Positions 48,773 through 61,189 of a stretch of 64,000 nt of DNA are shown here, in pieces. Source of the DNA: Octopus sinensis. Its lineage: Eukaryota. Position numbers and translations under genes: made by a program. Where the stretch lies: contig NC_042998.1 of assembly GCF_006345805.1 (NCBI RefSeq), forward strand, positions 57,164,001 through 57,228,000, read 5' to 3'. Numbering within the stretch: position 1 is the stretch's first letter; each line of letters starts with the position of its first letter. The notes beneath the pieces were generated by a model. It ran no database searches and had not been told where the DNA came from. It saw only the letters and a list, made by a program, of their open reading frames with translations.

Positions 48773-50285
48773 TCTGATCCTTTGGTCTAGTCTTCCACTA
48801 CCCTCCTATTTCTTTGTCTCGCTCTGCACTCACAGGTCATTCTTCGACACCCATCCCTTCTCCTCTCTGATTCTTCTTTCTCTCTCTTCTCTCTCTTTGT
48901 GCGTTTTGTCCCCCTTCTCTCTCTCTCTTCCTTTGCTTCTCTTTCTTTTCTTTCCCTCTTCTCTGTCACGTGACTGTTGGCCGAATCTGCCTTTCAGCTC
49001 CTGACCCTCGTCGTGTTACATCGTTGTTTTTCGTCCGCCGCTATAAAGGCTTTTTCCAATGCGCCAGAAAAATTTGTTTGCTTGTTATCAGTCGTAAGAC
49101 ACTTGTTGTTTTCACCGTTAATGCTTCTGTATTTCATGTTTCTGTATTCCATTATTGTTTTTTTTTTTTTTTTTTATATCTGTCCCTTTTGCTGTCCTGG
49201 TGTTCGTATGCATTCGATCCTTCTTCCAGGAAATCTACGCTTCAGCTTAGTTTTTCTAATGCTCGTTGCTTAGTTTTTCTTGGAGGGCTGGCCGTGATCT
49301 AGTAATCTCAAGATTAATCAGCCGAAATTACTACGATGATCCGGTTCTTGACTGAAGACTGAGGGGTTCGAATGTCCTGTCCATGTTTATTGTATCGTCT
49401 TCTAAGAGTTATCGTTCTTGTCCATGTTGTATTTTTCTACATACCTTAACATATATTCCAGGCGCCCCGTACCCCCCTTATCATTAATGTGAACACATAT
49501 TCTTAATAATTGGTACGACTCTCTGTTTGTCTCTCTCTCTCTCTCATTTTTACTTGATCTGTCCCCCTCTCTCTCTCTTCTCTCTGTTCATCTTCTCTTT
49601 CCTCTGATCCTTTGGTCTAGTCTTCCACTACCCTCCTATTTCTTTGTCTCGCTCTGCACTCACAGGTCATTCTTCGACACCCATCCCTTCTCCTCTCTGA
49701 TTCCTTCTTTCTCTCTCTTCTCTCTCTTTGTTGCGTTTTGTCCCCCTTCTCTCTCTCTCTTCCTTTGCTTCTCTTTCTTTCTTTTCCCTCTTCTCTGTCA
49801 CGTGACTGTTGGCCGAAATCTGCCTTTCACCCTGACCCTCGTCGTGTTAACATCGTTTTTTTCGTCCGCCGCTATAAAGGCTTTTTCAATGCGCCAGAGA
49901 AAAAATTTGTTGCTTGTTATCAGTCGTAAGACACTTGTTGTTTTCACCGTTAATGCTTCTGTATTTCATGTTTCTGTATTCCATTATTGTTTTTTTTTTT
50001 TTTTTTATATATCTGTCCCTTTTGCTGTCCTGGTGTTTGTATGCATTCGATCCTTCTTCCAGGAATCTACGCTTCAGCTTAGTTTTTCTAATGCTCGTTG
50101 CTTAGTTTTTCTTGGAGGGCTGGCCGTGATCTAGTAATCTCAAGATTAATCAGCCGAAATTACTACGATGATCCGGTTCTTGACTGAAGACTGAGGGGTT
50201 CGAATGTCCTGTCCATGTTTATTGTATCGTCTTCTAAGAGTTATACGTTCTTGTCCATGTTGTATTTTTCTACATACCTTAATAT
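48773..50285 (+). repeat. Tandem direct duplication of a ~690-bp unit (48773-49460 and 49604-50285)
   Basis: Near-identical units separated by ~145 nt; differences are mostly 1-nt indels; flanked by TA/TACA microsatellites. Confidence 0.9.
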
Positions 50286-50381
50286 ATATATATATATATA
50301 TATACATACATACATACATACATACATACATACATACATACATACATACATACATACATACATACATGTGTCTATGTGTGT

Positions 50382-51985
50382 GTTGTTGAACAAAACGGGC
50401 GAAACGCATCCCTGTCTGAATGCCGATTTAACACTGAATTGTTCTGAAGATGCTCCGCCGAGAAAGGGACTCTGGTTAGGATTCCGTCGTGGAATTTGCG
50501 AATGGTAGTTAAAACAGTTGGAGAGCAGTCGAATTTTGTAAGAAGTTTCCTTAAAATTGCACGATTAATGGAGTCAAAAGTCTTCGTCAAATCGACTAAA
50601 CCAAAATTCATTTCTTTTTGTTGCTCTCTGCATTTTTCGAGAAGTAAGCGTGCAACGGATATCATATCAATTGTTCATCGTTCGGGTCTGAAATCTGATT
50701 GAGAGTAAGGGAGGATGCACTCCGATACGAAGATGAGAAGACGGCGGAGAGTAATGCGTGCAAGGATTTTGCCAGACACGTCTAGAAGAGAGATGCCTCT
50801 GCAGTTGAATCGGTTGTTTTTGCTTTTGAAAGTGCAAATGATATTGGCATTTTTCCAGCGCCGAGGAAGTTTTTGTTTTTCCAGCAGAGAACCAGGTAAG
50901 AGAAAAGATATAACTCAAGCTGAGGTCTACCGTATTTTCAAAACTCGCCAGGGGACTTCTTATCTTTTAGGGAATGGATAAGCATCTGTTACCACTTTGA
51001 TGGCAGTACTTTCATCACCTGCCGACTCTAAGCGAAAACTCTGGCATCAACATCGCAGATTTTTGAGTTCCAATATGCATATAACGCCGCGCCCACTGCT
51101 TACGAAACATCCTCACTCCAGCAATCCTTAAGTGTCATGCACAAAACTTATGCTCGTCTTAGTCTTGACATCAGCATAAAAACCGAGGTCTTTTAATCAA
51201 AAGCATCCAGCAACATACCTAATATAAATAATACACCTCTGTCAAACGTTGATTCTTTTAACTACCTAGGCAGTGTCATATCACAAAATGGACATATCGA
51301 CGATGACATACTACAACGGATCAACCTCACCTCTTCCTCGTTTGGACGCCTCCCAGAACGAATATTCTTAAACAGAAATCTGAGGTTTGCTGTCTATCGT
51401 TCTGTTGTCATCTCAACATTACTGTATGGCTGCGAATGCTGGACCTTATGCTGCCATTATGTGAAGAAGCTAGAGTCATTTCAAATCCATTGTCTCCAAC
51501 GAATTCCACGCATTACTTGGAAAGATAAGGTCACCCACACAGAAATTCTCCAACAAGCAGGAATTTCCAGCGTTGAAGCCATCATCCAAACCCGTCTTCT
51601 AAGATGAGTAGGCCACACTATCAGGATGCGTGATAATCATCTCCCGAAAATGATCTTCGGAGAGCTATTAACCGCTTTCACCCGTACGAGGGACCAAAGA
51701 AGCAGTTCAGGGACCATCTTAAGCTTGTCGTCAAGTCCTGTGATATTCAACCGGCACAAATTGGACACTTCGCTCGGAGCCGGTAAACCTGGTTCTCCCT
51801 CTGCTAGGAAGGAGCTGCACACTTTGTACTAATCCGATTTACCAACAACATAATGCGCAATTCCCTTGTCATTTGTGTTCAAGGACATGCCATTCCAGGA
51901 TAGGACTGTTTTCACATCTATCAACTCACAAAAAAGATAAGACTCCTAGAGGACAACGTCGTCGTCAACTTTGATGGACAGCTAT
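50382..51985 (+). mobile_element. RTE (BovB-like) LINE with inverted 5' segment (50382-~50960 on -, ~50970-51985 on +)
   Basis: Minus: KSPG..KYG..CW..KNANI..RGISLL..GKILARI..DMISVARLLLEKCREQ..DLTKTFDSINR..RQGCVSPVLFN. Plus: ISICYHFDGS..RL*AK..FNYLGSVIS..LLYGCECW..MRDNHLPKMIFGEL..SRIGLFSHL. Confidence 0.85.
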
Positions 51986-52889
51986 GAGCATGTCAGCAAG
52001 TGTATGGCACAATGTAGTAGCACCCTTTTGATGCAAGTCTGAGGAAGTTCCTCTCCAATGTCTAAAACAGCAAATATTACCCGACATTTCTTTTAGAATT
52101 TTCGCGTAAACTGGCCTTGCAAATAGAGATGGTACGGAAACATACATATTGGCAGAAACCTTGGGACCGGTGTACTGCTGCGCAAGGTAACTATTTCGAA
52201 AGAGATGATGTTAAAACATAGGTAAATAAGTTATTTTTTGTTAAACATAACTAGTCCAGGAACGTTTTGATACCACTTCGTATACACAAACAATCGCATA
52301 TGGCATACACATAGACACACACATACACAAACACGCACATATATGTATAAAGAGTAGAAAAAACACGCACTTGTGTGTTGAAGACCCATGCATCCCTTCT
52401 ATATGTACTAGTATATCCACACATGTACATCCATATATCCATACACTCACATATTCAGAGATAGAAGGAAATGTCTTTCAATTTCTTAGCGACCAGTTTG
52501 AATTTTAGGAAGAATTTAAATCTCAAGGAAAAATGTACATAGATACACATACCTGCATTAATATATAATGAAAGAGTGAAATAGAGATACAAGAAAGAGT
52601 GTTGGAAAGAATACGCGTACAGGTATTTTGTGTACACGCGTATATGCTTGGAAATATTTCTTCGAAACTTAGTTGTCAAATATGCGCGTGTATCCTTAAT
52701 ACGTCAACTTCATACACATTTTACGATTGTTTCTTATCTCCCTATCACCTCAATAAATTAATAATTATTCAATTTACCCAATTCTATTTTCTCTGATGGT
52801 GGAATTTAATTCGGTCACCATTCTCTGTAATACTACTTTTTCTACCATGCAATTAATTTAATTTGAGGCGTCAATATATGTTTGCACAC

Positions 52890-52895
52890 TTTATT
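52890..52895 (-). terminator. Putative polyadenylation signal (AATAAA) of the coiled-coil gene
   Basis: tttatt on + strand, ~180 nt downstream of the ORF stop; AT-rich context makes a chance match possible. Confidence 0.4.
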
Positions 52896-53072
52896 TTGAT
52901 TTTCAATGGTATCTGTCTCGGAACTGAACACAGTTCACAATGTATAGTTACTACGGAGAAAAATTTCATGAAAAACTGAAATTTTACTCTTTGTTTTCAT
53001 TTGTTTATGAAAACAAAACATAGTTCAAGAGATTTAGCCTTGATGAATGATAAAATGATTTATATTTTTCTT

Positions 53073-54617
53073 TCATTTCGGAATACTTTCTGATCCGAAA
53101 CATTCAGATATAGTAGGCGATTGGTGTGCCGGTAGCGGATGACTAGTATTTGTCCACAATGTCCTAACGATATGTTGCATTTCGGTGATACAATTTAAAA
53201 GTGTTTTATAGTCATTCTCAACCCACTGATATGCATCGAGCATTATGTTTTTGAATTCCCTCTCTTTACCCACCTCTTCATTAAGTTCCTCTGTTTCTTG
53301 TCGTAGCTGTTTTATTTCTGATTCGAATCGATCTTCATCTAATTTAATTTGATTCTTTAGTGAGGAAATTATTCCTTTCGTTTCGTTTACGAATTCGCTT
53401 TTACTACATGCTTCAGCATAGATCGTTTGTTCCAGTTCAAATTTTACTGATTTCAGTTGCGAAATAACATCATTATTTTCTTTAATAATTTCATCCTTCA
53501 TGTTGTTTTCTTCGCTTTTCTGTTGTAAAGAATTATTCAGTTCTGTTTGAGCATTTAACATAGATTCTTTTTCTTCTTTTAATTTTTTAATACATTTTTC
53601 TTTCTTTTTAAGTTTTGTATCTAATGCTAATTTCTCCGATTTCTGAATATTCAACTGTGAAATGAAATCAGTATACATTTCTGACATTTTATCGATGTTT
53701 TCCTTGATTTTTTTCATGTCTTTAAACGTTCTATTTTTCCACTCATTAAGTGTACTTAGACACACTTTTAAATTGTTGACTTTTCCTACAATTTTGTCTT
53801 TTTCGGCTACCATTTCACATATGAAATCTTGTTGTTCGCACATAGTCTGACGGTATTTACTAATCTGATTTCGCAACATTTTAATCTCTTCTTTAGAGGA
53901 ATTAGCTTTTTTAGAGAGATCTTCAAACATGTTTTTGTTTAAAGCCATTGCATCATGATTAATTACATCCATCTGAAGTTTTTTACATCGTTGTCTCAGA
54001 GCATGTTTCTCTTCCTGTAGGTTTGTTTGCAGCATTTTCATGCCCATTAGCTTTTTATCAAGTTGATGTTTTTCAGCTTTCATTCTACATATGACTCCCA
54101 GTAACTGCTGTTCATGATAAGGCGTGCTTTTGCTCCCCAACGCACAGATATCATTTTCAAAGAGACTGCTGACACTTAGATTGGATTTCAGTTGTTTATC
54201 TCTCCTATAATCTGAAAATCTCCTTGAAGGTTCTATTAGGTCAATATCATTTCCAGCAAATTTCTGTTTTCCTTTTGGAGAATATTCTTTGGAGTATGAA
54301 TGAAAGGAGCTTATTTCACAATTTCCATCTGGTTTGTCTAACATATCCCAACTGTCAAACGAACTACACAATGCCTCATTATTTTTAAATGATTCCAAAC
54401 CTAGATCTGGCTTTATAAATAAACTACGATGTACTTCCGGAGATTTTTTTAAAATTGATGTTTTATTTATGTGAATGCCGGAACTTGCATTAGAACCAAT
54501 AGATTGTACGGAAACAGACGTTTTAAATGTTTCTTGACTGTTGGATCCAGCTGCATTTTTTGTTTTGAGGATGTTGTCCGAATCTGAATCCGAATCACAT
54601 AAATTCCTATCTCCCAT
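53073..54617 (-). CDS. Uncharacterised 514-aa protein: Ser-rich, probably disordered N-terminus (~aa 1-170) and long K/E/Q-rich predicted coiled coil (~aa 170-480); apparently single exon
   Basis: 1545-nt uninterrupted, non-repetitive ORF in AT-rich DNA. Start context ataATGG; in-frame upstream stop at 54663-54665; heptad-like L/I/M with K/E composition; AATAAA ~180 nt past the stop; no transposase or RT motifs. Confidence 0.85.
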   Translation of the reverse strand: MGDRNLCDSDSDSDNILKTKNAAGSNSQETFKTSVSVQSIGSNASSGIHINKTSILKKSPEVHRSLFIKPDLGLESFKNNEALCSSFDSWDMLDKPDGNCEISSFHSYSKEYSPKGKQKFAGNDIDLIEPSRRFSDYRRDKQLKSNLSVSSLFENDICALGSKSTPYHEQQLLGVICRMKAEKHQLDKKLMGMKMLQTNLQEEKHALRQRCKKLQMDVINHDAMALNKNMFEDLSKKANSSKEEIKMLRNQISKYRQTMCEQQDFICEMVAEKDKIVGKVNNLKVCLSTLNEWKNRTFKDMKKIKENIDKMSEMYTDFISQLNIQKSEKLALDTKLKKKEKCIKKLKEEKESMLNAQTELNNSLQQKSEENNMKDEIIKENNDVISQLKSVKFELEQTIYAEACSKSEFVNETKGIISSLKNQIKLDEDRFESEIKQLRQETEELNEEVGKEREFKNIMLDAYQWVENDYKTLLNCITEMQHIVRTLWTNTSHPLPAHQSPTISECFGSESIPK

Positions 54618-54798
54618 TATAGGATTTGAACTATCTAAATTGATTCCATTTGGCCGAGAGTGTCAGGATAATTACACTTTGAGACCACCATTTGCATGTG
54701 ATTTATACGGCAATGATGTTAATGCTAAAACCCCTGATTCGAAACAAGTTGATGCCACTTACATTTTTAAATGATGTTATAACATAATGAACTGATTA

Positions 54799-54806
54799 TG
54801 ACGTCA
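54799..54806. promoter_or_regulatory. Full palindromic CRE (TGACGTCA) upstream of the coiled-coil gene
   Basis: Exact consensus 8-mer ~180 nt upstream of the ATG at 54617. Confidence 0.35.
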
Positions 54807-55585
54807 AATGTATGATATCTTCAAAATTTGCGAAATCTGCCAAAGTATCAGTTTTAATGTGTTTGAGATAGAACAAGTAATAAAGAAGCGAATTCACTCC
54901 TCAATCGAAAATAGATTTTTCAAGGAAAAGTAACAATCGACTTTTATGAAAGACGTAAAATCTGAAGAAACTTGGTGCTGACTTCGTCGGTGTATCATGC
55001 TGCGAAATATTTCAAATGAATTAATCTTCTTCCAAATCGGTCTTCCTCCCAAAGGAAAGTTCACTCTCTAAATATCAGTTTCTTTTCATTCCTACAAAAT
55101 ACATTAGCCAAACTCAAGAAATTCAATTGTAATACATTATGGTTGCTGCCTATTGTGGAATTTATAAATAATGCAAACATTACATTTCAATGTTATTTAA
55201 TTCAACTAAGCAATAGTTTCTTTTCGTAATATATAGCATATTTGACAATATTCTGATATTTCCATATTAAATAAAAATACATAATGACTAATAGATATTT
55301 CGTATACCAGTCTGTCATCCCAATACATTTTTACACCATAAACTATTCAACATAAGTAAGAATTAAGTCGTTAATCTTTGATAACCGCCTTGTTCCTGTC
55401 ATTCTATTACTCTGTACATTCTTGCCTTCACTCTTGTTAGGTTTAATTTTATATATCATTTATCATGTATGAGTTATTTGAAATGTTAATTTTGGCAGAA
55501 GGCGTATTCAATCTTCTTCCTTAGTGACAATGTATGTATGTATGTATGTATGTATGTATGTATGTATGTATGTATAGAGATAGAT

Positions 55586-55756
55586 AAGGCGGCGAGTTAG
55601 CAGAATCGTTAGCACGCTGGACGAAATATTTAGCCGAAGTCGACTTTGCCTTTCATCCTTTGGGGATCGGTAAACTAAGTACCAGCTGTGCACTGAGGTC
55701 GATCACACTGACTATCCCCCTCTCCCAAAATTTCAGGCCTTGTGCTTATAGTAGAA
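55586..55756 (+). mobile_element. SINE family S1 (internally deleted)
   Basis: aaggcggcgagttagcagaatcgttagcacgc head and gtcgactttgcctttcatcc body. Confidence 0.75.
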
Positions 55757-55906
55757 AGGATATACAGAGATAGATGCATATATGCATGCGTGCGCATCTA
55801 TATGTGTAGATGCCCTTATACGTGCGTATTGTGTATGCATGCATATGTATGCATGCATGTGTTTTCTCTTCCATTATTTCTTCTCTGTCTCTCTCTACTC
55901 ATCGCA

Positions 55907-55969
<63 letters not shown>

Positions 55970-56099
55970 ATATATATATATATATATATATATGCGTATA
56001 TGTATGCGTGTGTGTATATTCATTTGTTTGTAGATGTTTTTCTATGTTGTGTATGTGTGTTTCGCTGAGTGTGTGTGTGTGTGTGCGTGTGCGTGTGTT

Positions 56100-56790
56100 T
56101 GTGTACTTGATACACTCCGGATTAACAACCTGTTTATATAAGGCATGTCGAGGTGTGGCTGATGTGTAGACAGTGGTATTGACACTTAGGCCTTGTGAAA
56201 AAAAAAAGCGAGGAGGTATGACATCTCCCTTGTTGCTTGATAACTTCCATAACAATCACAGTTGCTGTGAACTTAGTATTGGAACGTCATGCAGGTCTCA
56301 GCATAACCATCCGTCCTTCGGTTTACTTTTCGTCCCGATTGAAGTTTTTCACATCGGTGAGAAACCAAAGCATTCCAGCTTCTTGATGTTTAACTCGTTT
56401 CGCAAGCACACTTTCCACGGATCTAACGATTCCCTCTTGTCATAAAGTGACACTTCCGCACCTCATACAACCTGTACCGGATGTCCTAATGCATAAGCCT
56501 TCTGCTACAATGAGGTCCTTTGCAATGGATCTGGCTGACTTTCTGGGGTTTTGCTGATGATTTTTAAAAACTTTTCATCAAAGTTATGTCTCGTGATGGT
56601 ATCAGGACTCTGTGCATGCATTTTGCGTTTAACTGCTGGTGTTGGATCCCTGTCAGCAGCTTCAAGTTCTTTTCGAACTTAGATAACAAAGCATTGAGCG
56701 ACTTTCGGGAATCGAACTATCTCTGTATCCACATGCTGCGATTTAAGGCAACGACTACAGCGCACATTTTCATTTTCTGAGTCAGCCGAT
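56100..56790 (-). pseudogene. maT/DD37D-type Tc1-mariner transposase remnant
   Basis: KVRKELEA..KRK.H; PEKSARSIAKDL.V; LWFLTDVKNF; TKFTATV.V..SNKGDVIPPRFF..GLSVN..Y. Confidence 0.75.
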
Positions 56791-57840
56791 TGTCTGACTT
56801 TATACATACATTGGTTCACTTCACATGACCATTGCATTGTCCACTTGAGTGCCGTATTTCCCCTTGTGTATATAAAAGCACATATTCCTAAAAAGAATAG
56901 CAGTGCAACGACAGGCCAATATTGCAACCAACTGCTAAGGAAAGCATGCAGACGGGTAAGGATAAAGAAAAACATTGACCAGTTTCCTTATAGAATCCGC
57001 TATGGAAATTACGATACTCCAGTAGACAAAATAATGATCATGAAGAGTGAACCAACACAAAGAAAGATTATATTTTTCTTGATTACTTCGGTAATAAATT
57101 GCATTATGTTTTTCCTTTTAATTTTAATGGTATTATATGATATAAAGTTTAAAATTAGAAAAGACGTAACTGAGAAGCGTTTCGTCCTATTTCGCACATG
57201 AACTTAGGGTGTTTTGTCCTAGGTCTGTTTTATCTGGACTCCATATATATATAGAAAATGGAAAAAACAGTCTTTGACTGCCATTTCTAATTCCTTCGGT
57301 ATGCGGCGAAGCAGCCTGTTGCTTGCCCCTTTAATTATTTTTACTATATACTAAACTTTACAAAAGTTCCTGACGATGAATTTGTCATATTTACATACCG
57401 AAATTTACCGGTAAATAATTGTTGGTTATATGAAAATCCACTGAAAAATTACTTACCATTTTTATTGTATATATATATATGTGCCTGTAGTATGTATTTC
57501 TGTTGTATGGAATACACGGATGTATTCCAGTTTTGTCTTCTGTTTCGTTGTAGTTTGTTTTGAAAAGTAAAATTCTTAAATACTACATTATGATTTTCAG
57601 AATTTCTGTCTCATTTTGAAGATAAAGTGACGTTTGATGTTAGCGTAAGTTGGTTGGCGTTTAAAGTAGCGAAAGCAAATGTGATTTGATCTAGTTGACA
57701 CTACATTTTGAATGTGAACCGCTAGATTTATTCGTCACCAGTCATTTGTTATCTTGTTTTTGTTCCCAGTGTTTGTGTATTTATCATCGTATTGTTCAAA
57801 GTGTGTTTCTCCCATCTTGTCTCATGAGGTGAAGGGGAGC

Positions 57841-57907
<67 letters not shown>

Positions 57908-59836
57908 AATACACACACACACACACACAGAGTAGCGAAGTTGATGGGCATATTCCAAAGAAGTACTCCACTTTATTCGGAGTTACTCTGCAGCACCAGC
58001 TGTCTTGCACGAGACATTTCAACACCATTTCACAGCTCGAATACACGTGTCAGAGGCCCCAGGTGGAACTAAGCGGGGAATGTTTGATGTTTTTCCTTAA
58101 CTGCTGAATTGTGCAATCACTCTGTTGAGTGGAGTGTAGCCAAGGAAATCTCAAAGTTTTTGCAATCTTACTCTGGATGAGTCCACTCATAGATTGATCT
58201 ACAATACACCCTCTTTAAAAATCAATCATTTTTGTTTCTGGTCTTCTCAGCATGGCTAGTTACTATTAACAATATATTGTAATCTGAAATGAATAATAAT
58301 AATGCATTAATAAGTTCAAGCAAGCAATATACGCATAGATAAAAGGATAAAGTGAGAAGCACTTAGTTACTTTCATGATTTCTTACATCACATAAACTTC
58401 GTGTTACCTATTTGTACATAAAGAGAAACATTTGTTCTCATCTCATTTATCACAATTTCTTGTGACAGCATTTGCAAGACTAATATTGACATGCAGTGAT
58501 AATCTAAAGATGCGATAATTGTATATTTCTATCCTATTAATTTCAAAATTATCCTCGACATTAAAAATAGACACAACTTATAGATTAAAAATCTAGATTA
58601 AACTTGCCTTAATATAAAAATCAATTTTTCCCCGCTCAGAATAAATTCACCTAAATCTATATTGATATTAACGAAACAATAATGTATCTTCTCTATGGAA
58701 ACTTGAATTCTAGAGGATGCATTTAAATCTTCCTTATATTGCCTTTCATCTTGAGAAATAGAAAAAAAATAAACATCGATGTCGTCACTGTGGCAATATC
58801 TTTGATCATATATTTGTTCAAGAGGTTTCGTGGACCAAACAATATCGCAAACATATATCAATCCAATTATGAAGTATCTATGTGAAAGCTCGAAAATGTC
58901 CGTCGATCACAGACTACTTTCTTGAAAAGAGAAAGAGAAATGTGTAACGAGGAGAACCAATCCTATATTGTAAACATGTAGCGTAAGCAAAGACAAGATG
59001 GTCACGATGTAAACAATTTTCTTATAGATCTGCTCCATCAAGGAACATTTGAGAATCATGCATTGCTTTCTAATTCTAGCCATTTTGAGAGGGAGAAGCC
59101 GATTACATCGAACCTACTGATCAACTGGTGTTTATTTTATTGACCCTGAATGGATGAAAGCCAAAAGTCAACCTTGATGAATTGTGAACTCAGAAAGTAA
59201 AACCAGAAGAAATAATACTAATCCTTTTGTCCGGCTCACCGCCTTTCTGGGAATTGAATAACGTCTATAATATATTGGATGTACAGCAAACCAGAAACTT
59301 ATTTAAATGAAAAAAAAAAAAAATTCTCCCGATATAGTTTTGTCATTTTCAATTTTTTATCTTATAATGAAATTTTATAGCAATCATTGTCAGTTTCCAT
59401 CTATGTTCTACTTATCATATTGCAAATATTTTCCTTCAAATTAGTATTCCTATTACATTATTATAATTTTAAATATATGTGCCAAAATTGTGTCTGCTTA
59501 TTAGCTCTGATTGGTTTTGAAATATCTGAGTCGAAACACCAAACATTTCAAATTTCTATGAATTTTTTATCATTTGAAAACATTTAAGGAATTATAACTT
59601 TTATCTTTTAAAATTGTCATCTTTGCATTGTTGCTTTCTTTACTCGTTTATCGTATTCCCCCTTTCTATAATATCGAGTAGCTATTGGTCGTCGTTATTA
59701 CTGAAAATTATAAGGGACAGGTAAACAAATATTTGTTTCACACACACACCAGCAGTCGATCATGTATCCGAAAAAGATGTACTCTCTTAAAGTTAGAGCA
59801 TATATGTGTGTGTGTGTTTGTGTTTATAAATATATC

Positions 59837-59877
<41 letters not shown>

Positions 59878-60331
59878 ATATATTTATATAATGTAATTTT
59901 TAAATACAACGTAACATAGATGTTTAATTAAAACGCTGAATATTTCATTATTAACCGCGAAAGATGATCTCATATAAGCGTTGTACGCATAAAAGTACAC
60001 ACAGAGATACTAGCAGGTCGGAATAGTGTGTAATTCTAGTGGAAATCATCGCTGCCATGACATAACAGACAACGTATACATATATGTGTAGATATGTGTG
60101 TATGTATATATATATATATATGCATATATATACATATATATATATAGTTTGACCAATAACTATACGGACTGTTGCCGCAGTTTCGAAGTTAAAGAACGCA
60201 GAGAGAAGCCGCTTGGCGCAGACTGACCTTAAATTCTGTTGTGCATGCGGAATACGTTTTAATGTTCTAGCTCACTTCTGTATACAGCAGTACTTGGAAG
60301 GAAAGTGTATAATGTGTGATTGTATCTCACT

Positions 60332-60430
60332 ATGACAGAGAAAGTTGAGCGGAGAATCTGCATCAAATTTTGCCGAAAGCTTGGCGATACCCGCCCAAAA
60401 GCTTACGCAAAGTTTTCAAAACATTTTCAT
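60332..60430 (+). mobile_element. mariner transposase N-terminal fragment
   Basis: MTEKVERRICIKFCRKLGDT..AY. Confidence 0.65.
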
Positions 60431-60714
60431 TGTTCTCAAGCATAATCTAGGACATCTCGTACACCTGAGTCTTTTTGGTCAGCTAAAAGCAGTTTTGGTA
60501 CAAACTTGGTCTCATACCCAAGTCTTCAATGCTTTTGTATATATGTACGTATTTTGCATATTCATGTGTTTGTGTGTTCATATTTCTGTGTTTGTATGTG
60601 TGTGTTTGTATGTGTGTGTGTATATGGTCATGTTTCAGTCTTCATTTGTGTATGCATGTGTGCGTTTGCTTGACTCTCAGTATTACCTATGAACCTATCT
60701 ATCTGTTTGTATAC

Positions 60715-61128
60715 TCTTTTTCTCTTTTACTTGTTTCAGTCATTTGGCTGCGGCCATGCTGGAGCACCGCCTTTAGTCGAACAAATCGACCCCAGGACTT
60801 ATTCTTTGTAAGCCTAGTACTTATTCTATCGGTCTCTTTTGCCAAACCGCTAAGTGACGGGGACGTAAACACACCAGCACCGGTTGTCAAGCAATGCTAG
60901 AGGGACAAACACAGACACACAAACATACATATATATATATATATATATATAGATATAGATATATACGACAGGCTTCTTTCAGTTTCCGTCTACCAAATCC
61001 ACTCATAAGGCTTTGGTCGGCCCGAGGCTATAGTAGAAGACACCTACCCAAGATGCCACGCAGTGGGACTGAACCCGGAACCATGTGGTTGGTTAGCAAC
61101 CTACTTACCACACAGCCACTCCTGCGCC
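60715..61128 (-). mobile_element. tRNA-derived SINE family S3 with internal (TA)n microsatellite
   Basis: Reverse complement begins ggcgcaggagtggctgtgtggtaag.. with a B-box-like ggttcagtccc; partial copies at 10040-10190 and 21725-21840. Confidence 0.8.
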
Positions 61129-61189
61129 TGTATATCTGTTTACTTACATATACATCTAACCCCCCATATATATATATATATATACATGC

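Noticed and set aside
49345-49385. CTGAAGA..GAATGTC in the duplicated unit (also ~50184)
   Set aside because: No GAAA and no stem II or III pairing.
57930-58210. Possible Tc1 N-terminal HTH remnant (GLIQSKIAKTLRFP) on the minus strand
   Set aside because: Single short motif with no supporting DDE or TIR.
58598-58861. 87-aa ORF with DDI and LN..IQ.SIE, reminiscent of Penelope RT
   Set aside because: Similarity too weak to call by eye; needs a profile search.
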